A stretch of DNA of 64,000 nt. Origin: the human T2T-CHM13v2.0 reference genome, Homo sapiens. The stretch is from the NCBI RefSeq assembly GCF_009914755.1, contig NC_060936.1; one strand, 5' to 3'. Under the pieces are notes generated by a model. The model saw only the letters and a list, made by a program, of their open reading frames with translations, was not told the origin of the DNA and made no database searches. Position numbers and translations under genes: made by a program. Position 1 is the stretch's first letter; every line of letters starts with the position of its first letter. Positions 14,931 to 26,703 of the stretch are shown in pieces.

Positions 14931-17900
14931 GAGATGCTTTTAGCATACCTCAGCCACTTGGAAAGAACAACATAGTCCATAAGATTAACTCTGTGAGCTT
15001 TAATTCAAGAAGGTAAATGAGAATCAACCAGAATCATGAAGGACATCTCAGATCTCAGGAAGAAGAACACAGGCAAATAGCTCCCCTGACAGCATCCAGC
15101 TGATAATAGTGAGTGAACCCTGAATATGTGAGAGTGGCAGATCTTCCTTCTGTGACTCATCTTTCCCCTGGGGATCCAGGCAACAAGTCCAAGGGAGGGC
15201 ACTTTGTTTCTCCCAAGCCCTGGAGCTAACTTAGGGAGAGGTTTGAGATACTGTGAGGAAAAGACATCAGGAAAATCTGCAGGCATTTTCCCAGAAGTGG
15301 AACACCATTTTTAATCCGAGCACATACAAAGTTTACCATTCTTTGGCAACCCAAATGTGTGCCCATGCAGGCATTTCAGTCTTGGGCCAGAGAATGGTGC
15401 GCTTGCTCTAAAGTTGGGTAGGGGCCTCCACAGCCAGAACTATGGAAAGCGCTTCAGCAGTAGGCACTGGAATTGTACTCTTCCCCATTGCAGGCCTGGG
15501 GCAGGAGGAGAGCTGCTACAGCTGCAGTTTATCCTGGACAATGAGACTTACAGCCAGGGCCTGCTTGGAAACATGCAGTCAGTCTACATGTATCATTCCT
15601 GGGTGCCCCAGACTTCTCCCTGAGACTGTGGTGCAGCGGGGCCCTCTTTGCTCCATCCAGACATTTGGAACACCCACTTGCCTGAACCAACAGCCTGAGC
15701 CATCACACATTCATGAATATAGATCATTTTGCAATGTCTCTCTACTCCACACCCAGGCAAATGTCCAGGTATTCAGAACACCCCCTCAACTAGATCAGCA
15801 ACCTGAATTGCATCACTCTTTCTGTGCAGAGATTCAGTGCCACAAAGACCTCTCAACTCCATGCTCAGGCAGATCTCTAGGTATTCAAAACACCTGCTTG
15901 CCTGGATTGGCAGGCTTGAGTTGCCCCACTCTTTCTGTACAAAGATCCATGTGCAAGGGCCCCTCCCCATTTCACATTCAGGCAGATCTGCAGGCATTCA
16001 GAGGACCTGTCTGTATGGTCCAGCAGCCTGAGTCTTTCATCATTCCTGTGCAGTGGTTCTGATGTAGGGAACCCTCCTCACTTCACGCCCAGGCAAATCT
16101 TCAGGCATCTGGAGCACCTGCTCTTCTGGGTTAGGAATTTAGGCCACCTGCCACCCCCACTATCCCCATGCACAGAACTTGGGGCTGAGAAGGATTCCCA
16201 GTTCCATGCCTAGGCACATCTCTGTGCACTTGGTGGCAACTCAGTGGGTTCTCCATTGGCATTGATGTCTGTGCCTGCCATCATGGGACCTGTAGGTGAG
16301 TCTTCCTGGTCTGGCCCTACCCACGTTGCCCCCTCACCATCCTGGGGCTGAGAAAGGAGTTCAGACAACTGTGTATTCCATGCATCAACCCATTGGCAGA
16401 AGCAACAAAGAGTTTTTTTTCCCACTAAATAGGTATCAAGCATTTACTCAGCTGTGTTGGCCATAGCTGGCTCTTACATATAAGTGCCATCTACTGGCTT
16501 ATAGGTCAAACTGAATAGTTTATTATAAAACTAGCCTCAGCAGTGCGTAGGGCTATAAAAGCAAAGCCAAAAGACCCTATCTATAATTTTTTGCAGACAC
16601 AGTCTCTAGAGAGGGTGAAAAAAAAGAAAGGGAAATGAGAAGAAAATCCAATAATATTATACAGAAAGAAAGTAAAAGAAAAAATTTTACCTGGATAAAG
16701 ATACTTACAATGATTAGAAGCACCAGTATCTCCAGATAAGAAAGAATAAGTGCAAGAGTTCTGGCATTATGAAAAATCTGAATTTAATGACACCACCAAA
16801 GGAGAACACCAGCTCTCCAGCAATAGTCCCTAACCAAAATAGACACTCAGAAATGACAGAAAAGGAATTTAAAGCATGGAGTCATGGAAGCTCAGTGAGA
16901 TGCATGCAAGGTTAAAAATCAACACAAAGAAACTTCTAAGGCAATCCAGGAAAGAAGAAAGAGATAAACATTTAAAAAAAAAATCATTAGAGCTAAAGGA
17001 ATTGAAGAACTCCGTTAAGAATTTGAAAGCCCAATTAAAAACTTTATCAATAGATTGGCCGAATCAGAAAAAAAAGAATTTTAGATCCTGAAGAACAGTA
17101 TCTCAAATTAACCAAGTATGACAAAAATAAAGAAAAAATAATTGTAAAAAATGAACATTTTTCAAGAACTGTAGGATTATATAAAGAGACCAAATCTACA
17201 AAATGTTGGCATTTCTAAGAGAGACAAAAAATGTAAACAACCTGGAAAACATACTTGAGGAAATAATTCAAGAAAATTTTCCTAATCTTGATAAAGAGGT
17301 AGACACCCAGATGGAAGAAACACAGAGAACACCTGTAAGATACTACATAAAATGAACATCACAACAGCATACAGTCACCAGACTTCCCAAGGTCAATGCT
17401 AAAGAAAAAATCTTAAATGCAGCTAGAAAAAAAGATCAGATTACGTACAGAATGAACCCCATCAGACTAACAGATTTCTCAGCAGAATGCTTATAAGACA
17501 AGAGATATTAGTGGCCTATTCTCAGCATTCTTAAAGAAAATAATTTCCAGCCAGGAATTTTATATCCTGTCAAGATGAACTACATAAGCAAAGGAGAAAT
17601 AAAAGTTTTTCGGGCAAGCAAGTGCTAAGAGAAATTTTTACCACTAGACCAACTTTACAAGAGACACTTAAGAGATTTCTAAACATGGAAATGAAAGACC
17701 AATACCTGCTGCAACAGAAACACACTTAAAATCATGGATCACAGGCCCTACAAAGTAACCACTAAATATAAACTATAAAACAATCAGCTGACAACTTCAT
17801 GATAAGATCAAAACCTCACATATCAATATTAACCTTGAATGTAAATAGTCTAAACACCCATTTAAAAGTCACAGAGTGGCAACTTGGATTAAAAAAAAAA

Positions 17901-20900
17901 AACAAGGCCCACCTGTCTGCCTTCTTCAAGAGACCCATCTTACATGTAATGAAACCCAAAGGCTCAAAATAAAGGGTTGGAGACAAATCTACCATGCAAA
18001 TGGAAAATGAAGAAGAGCATGAGTTATTATTCTAACATCAGATGAAACAGACTTTGAGCCAACAGCAGTTAAAAGGACAAAGGAGGGTATAGCATAATGA
18101 TAGAGGGTTCAGTTTAACAAGACTTAACTATCCTAGATATATATGCACGTAACATTGGAGCACTCCAGTTCATAAAACAAATACTTCTAAATCTGTAAAA
18201 AGACACAGGCAGTCACACAATAACAGTGGGGGAACTTCAACACTCCACTGATAGTGTTAGACAGATTGCCTAGGTAGAAAATTAAGAAGGAAATTTTTGA
18301 CTTAAATTTGGCACTTGACCAATTGGACCTGATAGACATCTACAGAATATTATACCCATTTACCACAGAATATACATTCTTCTCATCTGCACATGAAACA
18401 TACTTCAAGATTGACCATATGCTTGGCCATACAAGTCTCAATAAATTTTAAAAAATCAAAATCATACCAGTTATCTCTTGTACCAAATTAGAATAAAAAT
18501 AGAAATTTCTACAAAGAAGATCTCTCAAAACTATAAAAATACAAGGAAATTAAACAACTTGCTCCTGGATGACTTTAGGGCTAATAATGAAATTAAGCCA
18601 AAAATCAAAACAATACTTGAAATAAATGAAAATGGAGACACAACATACCAAAATCTCTGGGATGCAGGAAAAGCAGTGTTAAGAGGAAAGTTTATACCCC
18701 TAAATGCCTACTTCAAAAAGTTGGAATGATCTCAATTTCAGGACCTAACATTACATCTACAGGAGCTAGAAAAAACAAGAACATACTAACCCCAAAGTTG
18801 GCAGAAAAAAAAAGAAATAACTAAACCAAAGCAGAACTGAATGAAACTGAGACCCCCAAATCCATACAAAGGATCAACAAAACCAAAATTTGTTATTTGA
18901 ATAAATAGGATAGACCACTAGATAGACTAACAAAGAAAAAAGAGAGAAGGTTGAAAGAAGCATAATCAGAAATGGCAAAGGTAGCATTATAACTGATCCC
19001 ACAGATACAAAAAAAAGATACTTATGGATCATTATAAACAACTCTATGCACAAAAAATAGAAAATGTAGAGGAAATGCTGGGATTCCTGGTAACATAATG
19101 TCCCAAAATTGAGTAATGAAGAAATTTAAACCTTGAACAGACCAATATCAAGTTCTGAAATTGAATCAGAAATTTAAAAAAAAATCTATCAACCAAAAAA
19201 TAAGCCCTGGACCAAATGAATTCACATCCAAATTTTCACAGATGTACCAAGAAAAGCTGGTACTGATTCTAATTAAACTATTCCAAAAAATTGAGGAGGA
19301 GAGAATACTCCCTAACTCACTCTACAAATCCCATATCACTGTGATACCCAAACCTGGCAAAAACACACCACCACCACCAACAAAGAAAATTTCAAGCCAA
19401 TATTTCTGATAAACATAGATGTAAAAATCCTCAACAAAATGCTAGCAAACTGAATCTAGCAGCACCTCAAAAAGTTAATTCATCATGATCAACTAGACTT
19501 CGTTCCTGGGATGCAAGGTTTGTTCAACATATGCAAATCAATAACTGTGATTTACTACATGAATATAATTAGAAACAAAAACCATATGATCATCCCAATA
19601 GATGCAGAAAAAGCTTTGGATAAAAAATCCAACATTCATACATGGTAAAGGAAAACTTTCAAGCATTCTCCTTGAGAACTGAAATAAGAGAAGGATGGCT
19701 ACTTTCACTACTACTATGCAACACAGTAATGGAAGTTCTTGCCAGTGTAATCAGGCAAGACAAAGAAATAAAAGACATACAAATAGGAAAAAAAAGTCGA
19801 ACTCTTTCTCTTTTTTTGACAATATGATTCTGTACCTGGAAAACTCAAGACTCCACCAAAAGGCTCCTGGAACTGATTAACAATGGTAGTAAGATTTTAG
19901 GGTAGAAAATCAATGTACAAAAATCAGTAGCATTTCTATTCATCAATAATATTCAAGCTGGAAGCCAAATAAAAAATGCAATACTATTTACAATAGCCAG
20001 ACCAAAATAAAATACCTAAGAAAACATATAACCAAGGAGTTGAAAATCTCTACAAGAAGAACTATAAAACACTGCTGAAAGAAATCACAGATGACACAAA
20101 TAAATGGGAAGATATTTCATGTTTATGGATTAAAATAATCAATATTACTAAAATGGCCATACTGCCCAAAGCAATCTATGGATTCAATGCTATTCCTAGC
20201 AAGCTACCCATATCATTTTCCACATAACTGGAAAAAACTATTCTGAAATTTATATGGAACTAAAAAAGAGCTCAAATAGCCAAAGCAATTCTAAGCAGAA
20301 GGAACAAAACCATCACATTACCTAACTGAAAATTATACTATCAGGCTGTAGTAACCAAAACAGCATGGTACTGGAACAAAAACAGACAAATAGACCATTG
20401 GAGCAAAATAGAAAACCTAAAAATAAAGCCACACATCTACAGCCATCTGATCTTAAACAAAGTTCACAAAAATAAGCAATGGAGAAAGGACTCTCTATTC
20501 AATAAGTGGTTCTGGGATAGCTGGCTAGCTATATGCAGAAGAATGAAACTGGACCTCTCCCTTTCACCATATACAAAAATTAACTCAAGATGGATTAAAG
20601 ACTTAAATGTAAAACCTGAAAATACAAGAATAATAGAAGAAAAGCTAGGAAACACCATTCTGGACATCAGCCTTGGAAAGGAATTTCTGACTAAAGTCCT
20701 CAAAAGCAAGAGAAACAAAAATAATAACTGACACATAAGACATAATTAAACTAAAGAGCTACTGTATGACAAAGGAAACTATAAACAGAGCAAAGAAAAA
20801 ACTTACAGAGTGAGAGAAAATATTCATAAACTATGCATCTGACAAAGGTCTAATATCCAGAATGTATAAGGACCTTAAACAATTGAACAAGAAAAAAATA

Positions 20901-21680
20901 ACCCCATTAAAAATGGGCAAAAGAGATGAAAAAACATTTCTCAAAAGAAGGCATACAAGCGTTCAACAAATATATGAAAAAATGCTTGTCATCACTAATC
21001 ATCAGAGAAATGCAAATCGAAACCACAATGAGATAACATCTCACAACAGTAGGAATAGCTATTAGTAAAATGTCTAAAAACAACAGATACTGGCGAGGCC
21101 GTAGAGAAAAGGGAACACTTATGCACTCTTGGTGGGAATTTAAATTAGTTCAGCCACTGTGGAAAGCAATCTGGAGATTTCTCAAAGAGCTTAAAACAGA
21201 AATAACATTTGACCCAGCGATCCCATTACTGAACATATATTCAAAAATATAAATTATTCTACCCAAAAGACACATGCACTCATATGTTCATCACAGCACT
21301 ATCCACAAAAACAAATGGAACCATAAAAAAGAATGAGATCGTGTTCTTTGCAGAAACATAGATGTATCTGGGGGTCATTATCTGAAGTGAACAAATGCAG
21401 GAACAGAAAACCAAATACCACAAGTTCTCGCTTATAAGTGGGAGCTAACCATTGGGTACATGTGGAAATAAAGAGGGGAAAAAAAGCCACTGGGGACTAC
21501 TATAAGGGAGTTAAAAGAAGAAAGGCTTGGAAAACAAACTATTGGATACTATGCTCAGTACTTGAGTGATGAGATCAATTATACCCCAAACCTAAGCATA
21601 ATGCAAGATACTCATCTAACAAAAGTGCACCTGTACCCCCTCAATCTAACATAAACGTTGAAATTATTCAAATAAATAAA
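14931..21680 (+). mobile_element. Near-full-length (~6.7 kb) inactive L1PA15-17-like LINE
   Basis: GC-richer 5'UTR, ORF1 ~16740-17700, broken ORF2 peptides ([19 protein letters not shown]; SPGPNEFTSKF; [16 protein letters not shown]; KLVQPLWKAIWRFLKEL), 3' end tgtaccccctcaatctaacataaacgttgaaatt. Confidence 0.92.
15651..16230 (+). repeat. Degenerate ~112-bp tandem monomers in L1 5'UTR
   Basis: Motif tYcaYRYYYaggcaRat recurs at 15746, 15858, 15971, 16082 and (more degenerate) 16203; partial unit at 15651. Confidence 0.8.
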
Positions 21681-21703
21681 AGAAGAACCAAAACACAAAA
21701 AAA

Positions 21704-21818
21704 TAGATTCCTGTCCCTCAGAAAAGACCTAATAAATCAGAAACTCTGAGGAGAAGGCCTAAGAATCTATATTTTGGCAAGGTCCTTCAAGTAATTTTTA
21801 GATACTCTAATATTTGAC
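21704..21818. mobile_element. MER5A-like (hAT-Charlie) half element
   Basis: agattcctg...agacctaataaatcagaaactctg...aagaatctatatttt...caaggtccttcaagtaatt. Confidence 0.65.
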
Positions 21819-21990
21819 TTATAAATATACATCAATATGGTAAGTGTAATTTGCTTTGTGACCATGATCGTTGCCTTCTTAATACTTATTTTTCATGTAT
21901 GTAAAATAAATATGTCAAAGTCATTTCTAAAACTAAGCAAACAAATCAATCAATAAATAAATGAATAAGCAAGGAAATTGTGCATGCATG

Positions 21991-21992
<2 letters not shown>

Positions 21993-22031
<39 letters not shown>
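21993..22031 (+). repeat. (TG)19 microsatellite
   Basis: Directly visible. Confidence 0.95.
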
Positions 22032-22033
<2 letters not shown>

Positions 22034-22747
22034 ATATCCAGTCACTAACATCTCCTCCTAAAAATAACTACTATCTCTATAAAATAGTTTTGGCTGTTTC
22101 AGTTAATGAACATATCATATAGCATAAAGTATTTGTGTCTCATTTCTTTCATAGTAATGTGCTTGTAATATTTGCAATGTATTATTTCTTTAACAAAGTG
22201 GTGTTACATGAGCATGATTAATTCCGGATATTTTCCAAATTGTACAATTAAGATTATAAATTTTTTAAATTTAGAAAAGACTTCCACAATATGTTTCTGT
22301 AAAACAATAACAAATTGTTGGTAACACAGAGTAAACATGGAAGACTGAAAATAAATCTAGAATCATACAGTATATTCATATTATTGGATGCCTAAATGTC
22401 AAAGCAAGGAGGGTTTGCTTAGGCAGTCAAAAGGCACTAATGACATTTGATAAAAAAGTAGTCAACAAAGATCACCACATGAATTATAAATATCATGCGT
22501 AAGTTTGAGCAACTTATATGAATAGTAAATGTTTACAGAATGAATGAATGACAATATGAAAATAAATAAATAATAGTGCAATGTTATAGAAATCCTAAAT
22601 TAAGGAAAAAAAGTTTTCAGAAAAAAATAGTGCAAAACCTTAACAGCATATATCAGACATGAGGTAGATAAATATAATTTTTTTACAAAAGTGAGACTGA
22701 TTTCTATTGCATTTGTGCATGTGACAAACATCATTTTGTAAAAGGGA

Positions 22748-23086
22748 TGTAGTACTCCGTTATCATACTGCTATGAGGAAATGCTCAAGACTGAGTAATT
22801 TATAAAGGGAAAGAGGTTTAATGGACTCATAGCTCCAAATGACTGGGGAGACCGCACAATCATGGCAGAAAACAAAAGAGGAGCAGAGGCATGTCTTAGA
22901 TAATGGCAGGCACGAGTGCATGTCCAGGGCACTGCCTTTTTAAAACCATCAGATCTTATGAGACTTATTCTCTGTCAGGAGAACAGCACAGGAAAAACCT
23001 GCTCCCATGATTCAATTACCTCCCACTGGGTCCCTCCCATGGAGGATGAGATGAGATTTGGGTGGGGACACAGCCAAACCATATCA
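22748..23086 (-). mobile_element. THE1D/C-like solo LTR
   Basis: tgtagtactcc...cagccaaaccatatca. TSD aggga/agggg. Confidence 0.9.
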
Positions 23087-23765
23087 AGGGGAGACAGCTT
23101 TCATTGCAAGTGGAAAATTTTAGTTTTTATTGCTTGAATCTATGATCCATTTGGAATGAAGAGCCTGGAGACATCCATAGAAAAAAGGACCATAATTGAA
23201 AATTTCCTTTTTTTAAAAAAGCACCACAAAATTAAGTAAATTTCCTTCTGATGAACATTATAGAAAGCAGAATGGCATGACCATTTTTGCTTCTCTATTA
23301 ATTCTTATAATTTATTGATTTATGCAATAGAAATTAGGACCCAACTTTCAAGAGTAATAATAAAAGTAAAAACATTATGGAATTCTATATTAAAAGTTTA
23401 AAATATAGGCATTTCTCACTAGGAAGATTTCTCAGTGAGTAGTGATTGGGAGCTGTGATAGAGTGCAAAAATAAAACACAATTGCTTCCAATATCATCCA
23501 TCATCATGTGAAATTGTTTTAACTCCTTGAACAACATGTACACTTGATAAAACCAAACTGCCAATGTAAAAACAAAATCGTATTTTACTCACTTATTTTT
23601 AAGCGACAAGTCGTCTATTACATATTTTTACTGAGTAATATGACCTAAAAGCAAAGCTCTCAATGATACAGAAGAAAAAGTAATGCTTGTATTGATTTTA
23701 TTGGTCTGGTAGCATAATGAAATATTGACTCTAAATCAGATTTCAACTGATTCTCTTTGCATTTC

Positions 23766-26038
23766 TGTATTAGTTTGTTTTCATGCTGCTTATAAAGAGA
23801 TACCCAAGACTGGGCAATTTAAGTCCATTAAACCTCTTTAAAGAGGCTCCACATAGCTGGGGAGGCCTCAAAATTATGGGGGAAGGCAAGGAGGAGCAAG
23901 TCACAACTTATGTGTATGACGGAAAGCAAAGAGAAAGATCTTATGCAAGGAAACTCCTTTTAATAAAACTATCAGATCTCATGAGATTTATCCCCTATCA
24001 CAAGAACAGCAAGATTCAATTCAATTACCCCACACTGGGTCCCTTCCATGACATGTGGGAATTGTGGGAGTTACAATTCAAGATGAGATCTTGGTGGGGA
24101 CACAGCCAAACCACATCATTCCATCCCTGGCCCATCCCAAATCTCGTGTCCTCACATTTCAAAACTAATCATGCCTTCCCAACAGTCCCCCAAAGTCTTA
24201 ACTCATTTCAGTATTAACTCAAAAGTCCACTGTCCAAAGTCTTATCTGAGACAAGGCAAGTCCCTTCCACCTATAAGCCTGTAAAATCATAAGCAAGCTA
24301 GTTACTTCCTAGATACAATGAGGGTACAAGTATTGGGTAAATACAGCCATTCCAAATGGGAGAGATTGGCCAAAACAAAGAGGTTACAGGGCCCATGCAA
24401 GTCCAAAATCCAGTGTGGCAGTCAAATCTTAAAACCCAAAAATGATCTCCTTTGACTCCATGTTTCACATCCAGGTCACATTAATGTAAAAGATGGGTTC
24501 CCATCGTCTTGGGCAGCTCCACCCCTGTGGCTTTGCAGGGTATAGCCTCCCTCCAAGCTTCTTTCATGGGCTGATGTTGAGTGTTCTCAGCTTTTCCAGG
24601 TGCATGGTGCAAGCTGCCCATAAATCTACCATTCTGGGGTCTGGATGACAGCAGTCCTCTTCTCACAGCTCCACTAGGCGGTGCCCCTGTAGGGACTCTG
24701 TGTGGGGGCTCCGACCCCACATTTCCATTTTACACTGCCCTAGCAGAGGTTCTCCATGAGGGCCTCACCCCTGCAGCAAACATCTGCCTGGGCATCCAGG
24801 CATTTCCATACATCCTTTGAAATCTAGGAGGAAGTTTCCAAACCCAAACACATGACTGCTGTGCACTTGCAGGCTCAACACCACATGGAAGCTGCCAAGG
24901 CTTGGGGCTTGCACCCTCTGAAGCCATGAACTGAGCCACAGCTGGAAAGGATGGGATGCAGGGCACAAAGTCACTAGGGTGCACACAGCTGGGGGGACTG
25001 GACCAGGCCCATGAAATCATCTTTTCCTCCTAGACCTCCTGGCGGATAATGAGAGGGGCTGCTGGGAAGACCTCTGACATGGCCTGGAGATATTTTCCCC
25101 ATGCCTTTGGGGATTAACATTAGGCTCCTTGCTACTTATGCAAATTTCTGCAGCTGGGTTGAATTTCTCCTCAGAAAATGGGATTTTTTTTTTCTATTGT
25201 ACTGTCAAGCTGCAAATTTTTCACTTTTATGTTCTGCATCCCTTACACAACTGAATGCCATTAGCAGCACCTGAGTCACATCTTGAATGTTTTGCTCCTT
25301 AGGATTTTCTTCTGCCAGATACCCTAAATAATCTCTCTCAAGTTTGAAGTTCCACAAATCTCTAGGGCAGGGCCAAAATGCCTCTAGTCTCTTTGCTAAA
25401 ACATCACAAAAGTCACCTTTGCTCCAACAAGTTCCTCATTTCCACCACAGACCACCTCAGCCTGGACTTTATTGTCCATGTCCCTATAAGCATTTTGTGC
25501 AAAGCCATTCAACAAGTCTCTAAGAAGTTCCAAAATTTCCACATCTTTGTATCTTCTTCTGAGCCCTCCAAACTGTTCCAATCTCTGCCTGTTACCCAGT
25601 TCCAAAGTCACTTCCACATTTTCAGGTATCTTTTCAGCAACGCCCCACTCTACTGGTATGAATATACTGTATTAGTCCCTTTTCACATTGCTGATAAAGA
25701 CACGCCCAAGACTGGGCAATTTACAAGAGAAAGAGGTTTAATGGACTTACACTTCCCCATGGCTGGAGAGGCCTCACAATCATGGCAGAAAGCAAGGAAG
25801 AGCAAGTCACATCTTACGTGGATGATGGCAGGCAAAGAGAGACAGCTTGTGCAAGGAAACTCCTGTTTTTAAAACCATCAGATCTCGTAAGACTTATGCA
25901 CTGTCATGAGAACAGCATGAGAAAGATCCGCACTCATGATTTAATTACCTCCTACTAGGTCCCTCCCACAACACCTGGGAATTGTGGGAGTTATAATTCA
26001 AGATGAGATTTGGGTGCAGACACAGCCAAACCGTATCA
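23766..26038 (-). mobile_element. Complete THE1B element: 3' LTR 23766-24118, internal 24119-25667, 5' LTR 25668-26038
   Basis: Two direct LTRs flank a ~1.55-kb THE1-int with typical MaLR peptides (EPPHRVPTGAPPSGAVRRG; TLELGNRQRLEQFGGLRRR). TSD atttc/atctc. Confidence 0.95.
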
Positions 26039-26208
26039 ATCTCCATTTCTCAAAAGTCTTACTATGTATGTTGAGTGTAAACTTTTTTTTTGTTTCCATG
26101 TCAAGCTTAAAATAGTTATAGTGAACTAGAATGAATGGTTAGCTTAACTTTATCTCAACATTAAGCTTTTGCGAATGGCTAAATTCCTGTTTGGAATGCA
26201 CTTCTCTT

Positions 26209-26703
26209 GCATCTGTTTGGATCTTACAAGAAGCAGAAACCAAGACAGAACAAGATGCCAAAACAGGACATGATTTGGGGAAGGTAGGGTGGAAGTGACT
26301 GTAAATAATAAAAAGGAAAAAAAAAAACAAACAAACAACAACAAAACAGGAGTAGTCAAGTACACCTTTCAGTCTGTGAAAGGAGATAAAGAAATAACTC
26401 AGATTGGAAGCACCTCAGGAAAAAAGTATAGATCAAAGTTTTTTCCAGAGAGATGGGGAATCCTCATGCAAAATTTTCACATGGGGATCTGTTTTAGCAA
26501 GGAACAGGCTGGCCTAGGTAATCTACCAAGTTCAATCGTTGATAGGGAGCAATTCAGGGAAACATTTCCTTGGCTAGAAATTGGTAGTAGAACCAAAAGG
26601 GAATTAGCGGGGGCTATTATTCATTTCTACTCCCCATAGAAAGAACTCTTGATGAGATCTGAGTATCTACAATACTGCCAAAGTCCACTGTTTACCCCAC
26701 ACA
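26209..26703 (-). mobile_element. Old ERVL-class LTR (LTR16/LTR67-like), 3' LTR of the adjacent internal fragment
   Basis: gtttggatcttacaagaagcagaaaccaagaca resembles an antisense LTR 3' end. PPT-like atccacttc next to ~26705. Confidence 0.45.

Noticed and set aside
16876-21252. L1 ORF1/ORF2 peptides as functional CDS
   Set aside because: Numerous stops, frameshifts and deletions; not retrotransposition-competent.
23783-25872. ORFs of 73-164 aa
   Set aside because: They lie within THE1B LTR/internal sequence and are fragmented.
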